Part shown: positions 12,085 through 24,194 of the stretch, one piece after another | Numbering within the stretch: the stretch's first letter is position 1 | Layout: every line of letters starts with the position of its first letter | Source: Phoronis australis | Taxonomy: Eukaryota > Animalia > Phoronida | Assembly (NCBI GenBank): GCA_002633005.1 | Contig: NMRA01000446.1 | Span: 125,030-175,059 of the forward strand | Direction of reading: 5' to 3' | DNA length: 50,030 nt | Translations under genes and position numbers: made by a program | Notes under the pieces: generated by a model | What the model saw: only the letters and a program-made list of their open reading frames with translations | Database searches by the model: none | Told to the model about the DNA's origin: nothing

Positions 12085-13539
12085 TCAGTTGTTTCAACAA
12101 TAGCTCATTTTTACAAGAGTCAGAATTGAGTGCGCCAAGTCTTGGCTTGTTATGTATGACCCCAGAAAATGCTCACATTTGGCAAACTTTGGAACATTGT
12201 ATCTTAGAATGGTCGATTGGAATCATATCAAACTTTCAGATATTGTGCTTTATGCACAGTTCCACATAACTGTTAGGAATTGTTTTAAAGTACTCCACGA
12301 CTATACGAACAAATGATATATTACACGAAGTGATCTTTCAATTTCATGATGGACAGAACTTGACAGCAATAATGCAGTTTGACGGAACAGTGAGAAAATG
12401 ACAACACATCTTAGTTTTCATTTCATACACATAGTGGAGTGCTGCAATAGTTTTCAAAAACATGATGGAAGTATTTCAAAGTTTCATACGTGACAAACAA
12501 ACATTTGCTGTGAACATCCCCTTTTAACTTGATTAAGATCAATTTGGTTAGTAGGTCATAGGTTGATTATTGTTTCTTATCAGATCATTATAGATAGGCT
12601 TGAAAGCATGCAGACTACTTTCCATTTCCTTTTGGGGACATGAAAACGGATGAAACCATGAAATCTGAATATGGGAGTAAAAATTGGACTACGTAGGTTT
12701 TGAATTTTCAAAATTGGTCAAGTTATAGCGATTTTGTCAATAAAAACTCAAGCCTTGAGCTAGACATGGGAAAGTAGTTCAAGCAAGGCCTACCAGTCCA
12801 TCTCTCACAATTGGAGCCGGGCCTGAAACTGGATAAAATCGGTTGTGATGATGGAATCTGGTTTAAAGGGCATGTTCACAACATGAAAGAATATTAAGCA
12901 ACTGACTATTGAATCTAGCCAAAGATTTGACCATTTTTTGGCAATATTTACCAAATTTGTTTCTGAAAGCCACTGCTGCAGTACAGTACATTATACATTC
13001 ATTTATGCCCAAAATTGCTCAATACAGCGTTAAGTTATAAAAATAGATGAGGTGTTAGAAACACACCAAAAACTATTCTCATAAATATAAATAACAATTT
13101 TTGATATAATAAATAACATGTTCAGTTACAACAAATATTTTAACAAGACTTAATAATTAAATGTAATGACAATTTCAAATAAGACTGACCAAACATATTC
13201 ATAAAGGCAGCCCGGGCCAGAAAATGCCACCGCTTCTAGTCACTCTGTAGTGACTTGAGAGGAGAGCAGTTGCAGCATAATGTCCCTGTAGAATCACTAC
13301 ATTCACTTGTGCAGTGTCACTTTAAGCAACACCACAACCTGCATAAACGATCAACATTTCTGATGCATTTACTTCACGTATTAAAGATAACCACAAATCA
13401 GTGACTATTTCCTTGCACTAATCGTTAAAAAATATTTCATGTCTGACAACTTGTCTCTTGTCGGTATGTAATCTGCATTGATCTTTATCGAGCTAGGACA
13501 ACCAAATTGCATTTCTGACCAACATATAATCCTTAAGAG

Positions 13540-13745
13540 TTGGTTTGTACTAGTGAGATAAGTGTTGGTTTCCTTTACTCAAGGTCATGGTTTCGAGTCC
13601 CACATTGCTATATTCTTGAGTCAGATTTCCAGCTCCTCAGCTTGGTTTTACTTGTATTAACAAAGCTTGGCTCCAGGTGATCAGTGCAAAGGGCCCACCC
13701 GACCAACCTGCACATGGCTGGTACAGACTGCCTGCAATTATTTTT
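13540..13745 (+). mobile_element. Degenerate tRNA-derived SINE-like sequence
   Basis: B-box-like GGTTTCGAGTCCC at ~13589-13601 with a weak upstream A-box; T-rich end. No cloverleaf. Confidence 0.3.
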
Positions 13746-13970
13746 TAACATCTAATCCCGATGATTACAGCTAATGACCATCCAGAGAAACATGAATCAG
13801 TAATCCGATCAGTTTCCATTCAGACTGAACACTCACTTACAGAATTAGCCAGCCTCATATTGAGTACAGTAACTTAATCGACACCAAACACAGGTTTCCA
13901 AACCACTTTGATGGATATTTTTGAACACTGAAGCTTTGAATATAGGACATTATGGACCCATTTCAGTTAA

Positions 13971-14264
13971 GGGGTCATGACCTGAAAATGGCACCTCTGA
14001 TAAAAACACCTACAAAAATAGTTCGCAACAATCTGTCTCATTGAAAAACCAGAAAATGTAACATTAATGGTGTCAAAGAGACTTAATATCCACCACGTGG
14101 CGCTAACGATTGAGGCTACACTTTGTAATATCTGGATAGAATGAGAGCAGAAAGAATTTAATATGACATATTGTACAATCACGTAACATGCTGATATCTC
14201 AAAAGTGGAAATGTTTTACACATTTTTTCCAACACGGATACCGATATTTTTCAACTGTGCCCCC
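13971..14264. mobile_element. TTAA-flanked Kolobok-like MITE
   Basis: TTAA|GGGGTCA...TGCCCCC|TTAA (13967-13970, 14265-14268); TIR is loose beyond the first 7 bp. Confidence 0.5.
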
Positions 14265-15440
14265 TTAAAGACCATTCCACTCACTTATACCATGCAACTT
14301 TCTTTCACAATTGGTAACCTTTTCTAACTTCAAGTCTTCTTTTTGTCTTTGATTAACAAGTAATATACAATTTGTCAATTTCACAATGGTCGAATGCACG
14401 AGTTTAAAGACATAACAGATCTCCCTAACATAATACATATTACACTGTCACAGCGTGTTATATACATGCACTACAGGTGATTATCATATACTCACTTTCT
14501 GCAGCAAATTTTGCTACCTGAATTATATACAAGGTCTTAGTAGGTCAGTTTAACATCAGCACACAATGGTTCTGAAAAGTACATATCAGTATATTTACGA
14601 ATTTACATGCCAAATAACAAAATACATTTTCTAAATTGATGGGAAAATATAACAGCCTGTCAGGGGCCCGTTTTCCAGACAATCTCCAAGGTCATACTGT
14701 TAGCCACTTACAGAATCAGAGGTGTTCACTATACAGTATAGAACAGCTACCAGACCACTGTTCGTATCAGAGCCAAATATAAATTGCATTTTTATTTTTT
14801 TCCAAATTCCATGATTCTTTATTATTTGTTCTCCCTCTCTTTCCCAATTTCACTGTCAATTTGCACATTCAAAAAACAATATCATGTGGCATTAAAGGGT
14901 CATTATCAGATTTACAGCCAAAAACTTAACTCGTGTTTATTAGCTTTGATCAGAGCTATAAAGCAACAAAATCTGTAGTTAATGTGATTTTATAACAAAT
15001 TTCCATTTCCCACTATTTACTGCAAGTCATTAGTTCAAATCCGTTTAAATACGCCTAAAATACTCTGCTATTCACCGCCTTAGATTTGGATCAGCAGCAA
15101 GGCTTTTGACTGCCACTGTGGTGCAAGTGAGTTCAATCTGGAGCTCATGCTAATTCCTGAAACATTATTTTTCTCATCAAGAACGTTCCTTCGAAGCACC
15201 GATATTTACTTGGTGAACCGTAAATTGTTAACAAGTGTTTGCTTCTATGCAACAAGCCAGTGAACTTTGTCTCAACATGAAGCCATGTTAAACTATAAAA
15301 GGAACGTAGTAAGCACCAGGTACAACTTGTGAGAAAATTATACCTTGTTAAAGTTAAAGTTATACTTTGTTAAAAACAAATCATAAGTAAGTTTGAGCTC
15401 TCCTACTAGAACAATTATTAAACAGAATACTTGCAAATGA

Positions 15441-15877
15441 CAGGGGTACCATAGAATGATACGCAAGAGCATCGCATCTTGGGTGCAAACTACCTATGAA
15501 CCTAGAACCGAACATGCAAACCCATGAATCGTGAATACGAACTCAAAGATCACGCATGGGAACAAAAATCATGCTCATAAACCACAAAAATCACACACAT
15601 AAATCACCTAACGATAAAGTATTTATACATGTGATTCGATGTTGAGGGTATGATTCCGTGTTCGTGTGTATGATTTTGTGTTGATGAGTATGTTTTTGTG
15701 TACGTGTGTATGATTTTGTGTTGTTGAGTATGTTTTAGTGTTCGTGTGAATGATTTTCATGATTCATGTGCATGAAGTTTGTTCGTATGCATAATTTATG
15801 GGAATGTATGCATAATTCATAGTTCGTAGGTGGTTCGTACATAGGGTGCATTGCTCGTGTGTATAAAGGTACCCCTG
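15441..15877. mobile_element. Palindromic MITE with 5-bp TSD
   Basis: Termini CAGGGGTACC...GGTACCCCTG; AATGA immediately on both sides (15436-15440, 15878-15882); the two halves are loosely inverted and contain short internal repeats. Confidence 0.8.
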
Positions 15878-17201
15878 AATGAAACGTTTTGTACTATAAG
15901 CTGTGTTTAGAATGCTTGGAAGATGAGTCATTTGTAAATAAGCCTTGATTTCCTAAATGTGCCAGAAAAAACATAAGATGTCATCACTCTTTAAGTGCAT
16001 GAGGAAACGAACACTCTTCTTACAACATCAGTACAAATACAGTACAGACGAGAGTATAGATACCAGATTTGTAAACACTGTAGAAGTCATGCTGATTGGC
16101 AAGTAGTCTAAACCATAAAACAACCTGCTTAACTGCCAATCACGGAAAATAATACAGTCGCCGTATCCAATAGACTGTCAGTTCACTACACCAAAGCAAC
16201 TCAAAACAATGATGAGATGGCTGATGTGATAATGAGAAAACGAAAGTGATGAGAAAATGAGTTCGAGCAAATTTCATGCACAATTAATATGTGAACTTAT
16301 GAAATGCTTCATCATCGTGGGTATGTAGCGAAAGTCTCGTCAATATAAAGTGAATCTATCACAATGTACGCTGGTCATGGGCGGACAAGGCAGTTTGATT
16401 TCTCAACAGTTACTGGCTTAACTCAAATATAATAATGCAACCCAAGATTGTGTGCTTTATGCCATGCACAAAAACGTAAGGTTCAATAATGGTAAGTCAT
16501 GGTCAATTGAAGTCCACTGTTTAGAAGGTAATTAATGATTAATTCTTAGGTCCATATGCTGAGCTGAAACAGACTAAACTTATGTCAATTTCAGGTGCAC
16601 CTCATACTCTAACTCGACAAATGACCCTTCAATAAAACATCGGCCTTACATTCAGACTGTTCACACATTCTTATAAATAGAGTAACTACAATGAGGTAAA
16701 CAAAGTCATCCCTATTCAGTGAGACGGTCTTTCACTGCAGCTTGGCAAGTGGTGCCATGACCCAGATACTGAATTTCAGTGTTGGTGGTGTGACCCGGAT
16801 TCATCCACGAACTCATCCATTACTTGCAATAGGGAAGAGGACGGATGTATTAAAGTATGTGGACAAGACGGTTTTGATGTGTCCCTGGTAGGAACAAGAT
16901 ATCACGTGAGATCACATACAACTGATTCCATGGTCACACGCATACACTCATGAAGGCCTACAGCAGTGACCATAATGAAAATTACCATGTTAAATACCGA
17001 GACCAAATAATGCAGGATATATGGAACAAAATGAATTCCAAAATAGCCAAGATAAATTGAAGAAACTCAATAGGTTGTGATCAGCTAAAAACAGAAGGGG
17101 TGGGAGAGCATGATACAATGACTGAATTTCATCAATTGAGAGAACCATCTTAATAAATTTTGATCACTGCTGTAGGTTTGCATATGCAGCGCCCTTGAGA
17201 T

Positions 17202-17308
17202 TCAGTCTTTTTCTTTTTCACTGTCTTTCATGCTCTTCTCATGTTCTTCCTCCCAGTACTTGTAATTAGTTTGTAAATTATCCATCAACTCTCCAATACC
17301 AAGGAACA
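17202..17308 (-). CDS. PDE8: PDE8 last coding exon
   Basis: cccttgcag| phase 1; LFLGIGELMDNLQTNYKYWEEEHEKSMKDSEKEKD*, with the conserved L..NY.YW. Confidence 0.9.
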
Positions 17309-18511
17309 CTGCAAGGGATCAAAAGTGATCAGTGTAAAATGAATTATTCAATGAAATACATGGTGTCATAGGTTACACATTCATAGATCTGTAGCATTTC
17401 AAAATTAGCATACCATTCCAGGCTTGGCTATTCAAAACCAATATAGGGTAATAAAACAATGATCTTCTCAAACAGACCATAAACCCTTTAAGTTGCTTCA
17501 GTTACACAGTCCAACTGTGACAGTTGTATGACTAAGAGCAGGATTCACAAAGAACTACTTTCATTGACCTTGCATGCCAGTTTCAAAAGGTTTAACATGT
17601 GTTAAAGACATCCATTCACACCATTATGGAAAAATCTAAGCCATAACAAAGGCTAGTAACCCCTCCAAACCCAAAATGCAACTGCACTGAAAAGCCCAAG
17701 AAAGGCTTGTTAGCTATGCTCGCAAGTGTTCTCACCCACCAGTGTTGTCTAAAACTTCCAATTTTACAAGGTTCCCACATGTATCACCTTTTCATTTTCC
17801 ACGACATAATTTTGCACAAAAAGGAAAACTTTTAGTGGCTATCACTTTTGCTAATAGTTGTCGACATCTGTAACTAAATACATTAAATATGCACAGTCTC
17901 ATTAAATTGTGAATATGCAAATGAAGTACTAATTTACAAACAGCCTTGGGTCCTTCAGTGTGCTGGAAACCATACGACAAGCAGTTACCATTACAATCTC
18001 GCGAAAGTCTAGTTTTGTTACAGAGGCTGTTTTTATGCAAATGAGCATTGTTGTTACCCAAATGAAAAGGGCACAATTTTAATTATTGGTTAATTTCATT
18101 ATCAAATAACAATTGCGTAATATTTGGAATTACTAGGCTTTTTTGTAAGTTCACACTTATTTTTAATTGTATCAGTTGTGGTGTTTTCTGCGATTTAAAC
18201 TAAATTAAATTGTTTCTATTCCTCATTATACACACAGTTCTCCAAGAAGTCACTAGATGGTGCTTGCTCCAATTTCAAATATTCCCAGTTTTAATGAGAT
18301 ATAGCATCTTTATCTTTCGACAGGATTGCAAAATAAAATTGCTGTAGTTCTTATGAAATTTTACATGGGTTTCCAATAGTTTTTCTCTATTTTCATTTTC
18401 CGTGCGTTATCCAGGAAATGCAAGTTAACAATTTAGCAGTTTTAGTAAGTTCTTTAATATAAGTCGATGATCTAGTGTTTTACACAAATTTTCAGGTCTT
18501 TCAAAACTTAC

Positions 18512-18641
18512 AGTCCCATGTTTCAAACATGTTGGTTATAAAGTAGTCAATAAAGCTTGTCTGTGACTTGGGTATACTACACGTCTTCCTGTCGAAGATC
18601 GGCATCACCACGGGGAGGCCTTTGCTCTTCTCATCATCGGT
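18512..18641 (-). CDS. PDE8: PDE8 catalytic-domain exon
   Basis: [43 protein letters not shown] (invariant Gln); AG/GTAAGT boundaries, phase 0-1. Confidence 0.95.
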
Positions 18642-18902
18642 CTGAAATCATTTTTGGCAATCACAAAGTAAAGGAATAAAAATATGGTATTTGCAGGATT
18701 TGTTTCAGGGCCTTGTCAAACCAAGATAGCAATGAATCTTGCCAACAGCATGAACCCTGAGTGGGAACTGACTAAGCATTGTAGAATCTGTGCACGAAAA
18801 CCGTGGAAGGTGTAGTACAGGAGGCATGTTTTTCTTAATCAGGTGGAAACTTTATCAGAAATTAATGTTACTTGTATTAGCACACAGAGACAGCTATCGC
18901 AC

Positions 18903-19079
18903 CTGTTGAAAGTACTCCTCGGCTATTCTGCTCGCCCAAACCTTGCAGATTTCCAGGGGGCGTAGTGGGTTGGATATATCGGCACACTTGATGACCATAC
19001 GTTTAATGAGCACCTTATTCTCTGAGGTCATGAGAGCGCTGGTGGACAGGGAACTGTCTGGAGAGCCAACTGGCGTCCC
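18903..19079 (-). CDS. PDE8: PDE8 catalytic-domain exon
   Basis: ...[40 protein letters not shown]; 177 nt, phase 0-0. Confidence 0.95.
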
Positions 19080-19137
19080 CTGGTGACAAATAGTGTTAGG
19101 TGAAATAGAATCACATGATAAACAATAACAGCATAAT

Positions 19138-19704
19138 CTCGATGGTTCCCTGCGTGCCGCTAGGTGGTAGCCAGCATGCAGGTATCACTTAATTTTCCTC
19201 GGGAAATTTTTTACACTGGCATTTCTGATTGGCTGGTCCAATTCGCAACAAGCAACGCTTCATGCAAACAAACTGGCATGACTGATAGAGCAAGCGTAAA
19301 ATCAGTGCTTAAAATTTAGGTTCAAGTAATGTGAATCCCACAAAATTGTGGTTGCACCTTTTCGGAGAGCATTTTTCTGCTGTAGCAGGCTTTTGGTTAC
19401 ATTGCTATCCTGTATTCATACAGTAAGAATAACACAACAGTTAAATCGGCCACTATATGTGTTTATTGTGCATGTATGTGATTCAAGCACACGGCTATTA
19501 AACATTACTGCAGAAACAAAATAGTTGCTGCTATGCCACAGTTGCATGACAAGGCTAAAAATCGTTCATAGTACGCCATTTTCTCACTTTGTTGTAAAGC
19601 TAACCAATGACTGTGGAAGTTGCATGAGTCAATGATAAAGCGTGTGCTACAGCCTCCAAGCTGCATGCTGGCTACCACCTAGCAGCATGCAGGAAACCAG
19701 CGAG
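19138..19704. mobile_element. Unclassified non-autonomous TIR element
   Basis: ~44-bp TIR ctcg(a/c)tggtt(c/t)cctgc(g/a)tgc(c/t)gctaggtggtagccagcatgcag; TSD not resolved. Confidence 0.75.
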
Positions 19705-19842
19705 CATTTTAGTATACAAACAAAAGTTACACATTTTAAAAGAAAAATAAACACAAAGGTGTATCATCTATTAAACTATTAACAGCGAAGCTAAAAAATA
19801 TACTGTCTAGGTGACAGTACATGCAATACAATCTCATGGAAT

Positions 19843-19997
19843 CAGTGGCATATTTAGGGGGGGCCAAGGGGCCATGGCCCCCCTAAAATTCTCCCAGATA
19901 ACATTTTGCGGTTCGAGGGTGGGAATGTCTGACGGGCAAAATCCTAGCTAATACTCTGTCCTGGCCCCCCTAACTCAAAATTCTGGATCCGCCCAAG
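19843..19997. mobile_element. Short hAT-like MITE remnant
   Basis: cagtggcatatttaggggggg...ggggccatggcccc...ctggatccgccc is a common hAT-MITE pattern; no clear 8-bp TSD. Confidence 0.45.
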
Positions 19998-20100
19998 GGA
20001 ACGAAAACAAAATATATTGTAAAAAGATTTTCTATTTTTTCATAGCACTAAATAAATGTTTTATCCTGACTCCAGATTCAATACCATAGCTGCCATCAGA

Positions 20101-20185
20101 AACAAGAGCAACACAGAGTGTTGAAATGCGCCCGCAACTGCACCGTATACGGTATCCTTCTAGGGTTGTTTATTGGTACCATACA
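20101..20185 (-). mobile_element. 3'-end fragment of the HINE family
   Basis: aacaagagc...tgaaatgcgcccgca is the reverse complement of the 12050-12084 terminus. Confidence 0.65.
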
Positions 20186-21274
20186 GTGGACATTGGAGGG
20201 TATATATGTAGTATGTTGTACTTTGCAAAAATGGAAAGGCATGGTCAATGTCTCCTCAACAGACTAGGGGCAAAATGTGAGTGATCTTCATAATACAAGC
20301 TCATCGTATACATCGGCAGAAGTTGCTTAAAGCACCACAGAAACATAGAATTAGAAACAGATTGCCAATATAAATGACTAACACAGCTTTAGTATGCCAG
20401 AAACATGGTCAAACTTGTCTAGACTATGAGCATCACTAAGCAGGTGGAAAAAGTGTTTTAAACGTGTCTATGACAAAAACATCGCCAACATCACCAATGG
20501 TCACCAGGCATCATCCTGTTGCTCCCAACTTGTTCAATTCTATAGCCCAACAACAAGTTGGGAAATGTACCCCAGCCTATAGCCAATATCTTACACGATT
20601 GATTAACTCCATTCTGGCATTTATGGTTGGAGGGCCAGCGCTCTTTTGTTTGACAATTGCTCTAATCTCTGATCAGATCGTATCTAGCCTGACTGGGCTG
20701 GGTTGATAAAAATGAAAGTTAAATTATAATATATTTGAGCTTAAACCAATAGCATTTCTGAATTCCTCGTCAAATGCTGATCATGTTCCATTTTAGAATC
20801 ACCAAAATCGCCCAACTACAACAGAAGTTAAGACAATCTATTCCGTCCAAACGGATTACCAACGCACTGGGTTTGACTGTGTTCATACGCATAACAGGGT
20901 GCAACCATCATACGTTTCCTTTGAAGCCTGGGAGATAATTGGCCTGCTTGTTATCATACGGGACAAAAGACTGAGCTGGGCAGTTAACAAAAGAGCCAGA
21001 TGTTATCGCACGTTCAGCACCCCTCACCTCTGGAAAAGTTACTGAATGACAGAACGCTGTAATGGATCATCCCACCTACCCGATCAGGTTCGGCGGACAC
21101 ATGCAATTTCATGTCCATTCACATATAGCTGATGGCGTTAAAATAAGTTAGAAATGTTTAACTAATCAAAGTTTTTTTACGTTTTCGCACTCCAAACAGC
21201 GATAATAGGGTGTCCAGTTTATCGTGCCTAAGTGCATTATTTATTTGGACAATTAGTACTCGTCTTGTACACAC

Positions 21275-21410
21275 CTCGCCAGCCTCGGAGTTCTTGCGCG
21301 TCTGTCTTGTGCAGCAGCTGTCAAACTTTGAGAGATGCTCGAAGTGTTTGGACATCTCGGTCGCCAGGACCATGTCAATAACCATCTGACGAACGGTTCT
21401 AAACTCGCTC
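21275..21410 (-). CDS. PDE8: PDE8 catalytic-domain exon
   Basis: [29 protein letters not shown]...; phase 2-0, canonical AG/GT. Confidence 0.95.
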
Positions 21411-22346
21411 CTAGGTGAAGTAATGGAACAAAATCCATTTTGATTATCACGAAATATACGCAAGAATAAATCATGTAAGGTTGCAAACTGACACCATAGC
21501 CTTGCTTTGTGTAAACTGAAACAAAGTTGGTTCCTTACGTGGAAAGTCACTTGAAATGCCACGCCTGATATGTGTCGTGACCTTTGCTATTATGCTGTAG
21601 CAAATACATAAAACACCATTGGTTTGTTATTTTGTACGACATAAAGAATTATTCTAATAATCACAGAAGCAGTAAAACATGAATACAAGTGCACAGTCTA
21701 AAGGATAATGTTCACATCAGTACTAAAACTAAATAATGCTTTGTAACCTTCACTACCCTCAAAAGTTTGGAGCGAATCTTGGAGACACTACCCTTACTAA
21801 GTCTGCTAAACGGCCAAGTGTGACCAACGCTTTAGTGCAATTACAAGGTTACTATAATGAAAGTCCATCCACCAAAAACCATAATATCCAATGTTGATTT
21901 AACAATTACTCCAAAAATAACACATTATTTTGTGAAGAGCCTGCGACTACAGAGACGCCAGAAGATTAAAAACTTTGTTTGTGCTCATCAAAAGTTGCGC
22001 ATACGATAGACGCTTGCAAAAAAAGCCAGTCCCCAAAGACAACATGTTTACATCACCAATCCCCTCAGATCTAAATCCTCAGAGAACCCAGTGCATGTAT
22101 AATATGATAATGCCCATCAATAAATACGCCTGCTCAAATGTTGCAAGAATACAAAGTTACGTGGTGGTTCACTAACAGTCTCAGAGTCAATAAATTCATA
22201 TCACCATTTCATTATTTTTTCTAGAAAAAACAAGCAATTTGAATAAAAAAACAGAATGAAGTTATGAAGCTGGAAGAAAGGGGTATTTGTTGCCTAGAGC
22301 ATAGAACTCCACTACTGTCACCTTGTGTTAATCTTTGATAATGACA

Positions 22347-22375
22347 GCTGCTGCTGCTGCTGCTGCTGTTGCTGC
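22347..22375. repeat. (CTG)n microsatellite, intronic
   Basis: gctgctgctgctgctgctgctgttgctgc. Confidence 0.9.
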
Positions 22376-22567
22376 ACTTTCAGTCATATAAAATGAATGA
22401 ACTTTTCTTGGTGGTGCTCAAAAATTTTATATCTACCAGGGTCTATGAATACATAAAACCAGCACATTTAGTACTGCCTCCACACAGATACTTGTCCAAC
22501 ATTGCGGTGAATGGGAGACTTTCCTCAGGACATAACAACAAAGTCAACGACAATAAGCTTAACTAAC

Positions 22568-22654
22568 CTGCTTAGATTTTTGAATATGTTGACTCTGTCA
22601 CTTTTGGTTGTGAGACGGAATGCTAGCGCAGAGTGGTGACTCTCTAGGACAGCT
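22568..22654 (-). CDS. PDE8: PDE8 catalytic-domain exon
   Basis: AVLESHHSALAFRLTTKSDRVNIFKNLS; 87 nt, phase 2-2. Confidence 0.95.
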
Positions 22655-23039
22655 CTAGAAATGGAACATAATACTGCAATCACCAGAGTGTTGTAGACAG
22701 TTGAAGCTCTCGTAATTAGCTGTTTCCAAATGATTATCATATAGTCTGAGTATCATTACTGTACATCATACTTCTAACATTAACAATGTTTCGCCATCTG
22801 TTCATCAATTTTGCCATATTTACTTATTATCTAGTAACACTAAGGGATACCCCTTAGGCCAGCAGGCTATAAAGTCCTCCCCAGGGCGTTTTCCTAAACC
22901 TTTAAAATTAATATAATTGTTACTTGTTTGTGACCTGAAATAGAATGCATAGCTTAATAAGTGTTTCTACAACCAGTAGGCCTACTGGTCACATAAAGGT
23001 CACATAAAGGTCAAAGGTCAATACTTCAACATTACGTAC

Positions 23040-23369
23040 ACATCATTGTAAAGTGTTGCCAGCTCACTTCCTGCATTGATCAGAAAAGCATTGGTCCTCC
23101 CAGGGTGGTCCACGTCGTGCACCACTGCTGCTATCAGTGCAGCCAGACGATCTGATTGGTCAAGAATGTGCTTGAGTTTCTCTTTTTCCAGGAAATAGGC
23201 AGTGCAATGCATGACGTCGGACGCATGCGTAGAATTATGGTAGGGGTTGGATGAGTGATAGTTGCGTTCAACTTCCTGCAGCCAGTTCACAAGCACTGTC
23301 TCGCTGATCTTGAAGTATTCGAGAGCACCGAATTTGACGAATGTCTTTAGGCCCAGGTAGAGGAGTGGT
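23040..23369 (-). CDS. PDE8: PDE8 catalytic-domain exon (metal-binding motifs)
   Basis: [12 protein letters not shown] and [13 protein letters not shown] (class I PDE HD signature); 330 nt, phase 2-2. Confidence 0.97.
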
Positions 23370-23698
23370 CTGCAAAATCGTAAACTTAATGAAAGATCTG
23401 GATAGAAATGAATGAAGTCCAGCTCCACAAAATCTAACAAATGTAGGCCACCGCATTTCTCCAGTGTTCACCTCACTGGCATGCTTTGTTTATTCTGGTG
23501 ATGTTTTGTGTTACTTAAAACAAAACGTTTGGACGTATATGTAAATATGACATTGATTAATGCCAATGTCTTTGCTACCCCTTTGTTCTGACATAGCTCC
23601 CCCTTTGGCTGAAAACCAGAATTGTTGAAATCATACTGATAGTATTTCACTTCACAATTGTCTTTGATACCAATAAATGCCCTAGCCAAAAAGCAAAC

Positions 23699-23834
23699 CT
23701 TTTATTGGTCACCCTCTCCAAGTTAAGTACGTTGAAATCCCAGTGAGCGTCCTTCTCTAATGCTAACTGTACATCGACGGGTACCTGCGTGATAGTTGTG
23801 CAATGAACTCTGGTCGGCGACATGTGAACCAGTG
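23699..23834 (-). CDS. PDE8: PDE8 exon, start of catalytic domain
   Basis: ALVHMSPTRV...EKDAHWDFNVLNLERVTNKR; phase 1-2. Confidence 0.92.
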
Positions 23835-24194
23835 CTAGAAGACAAACACAAGCGTGGTGAGTGGTGATGGACTGACAACTCGCTGACAGCATGGTTACAG
23901 CTTTGGAGACTACAACAAAGCATATGACCGCATGTATTGTATAGCCACCAAAGAATCGCACCAGGTTATAGTGACTTAAAAAACCACGCAACCGGAGATT
24001 GGGAAGGTTCTTATAGGCATTTGATTAAAACCAAGTTAAAAAATGTAAGTCTTGAGCAAAGAGTCAGAATAAGACTTGTCTGATGGACTTAATATTTACC
24101 AGGGCTTGAAATGACCAATGGTAAATAATTTACCTAGTCCTAGTTCCTTGGAGATCTCTTGTCTCCTTCGATGAGTTGATGTAAAATGCTAATA

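Noticed and set aside
12509-12881. Inverted pair tgtgaacatccccttttaa / ttaaaggggcatgttcaca as one MITE
   Set aside because: The TTAA ends face inward, so they cannot delimit one element; partner ends were not found.
16770-16886. Acceptor-like site (cttgttcctaccag) suggesting an alternative last PDE8 exon
   Set aside because: No good matching donor; using it would remove the conserved NYxYW helix; no supporting homology.
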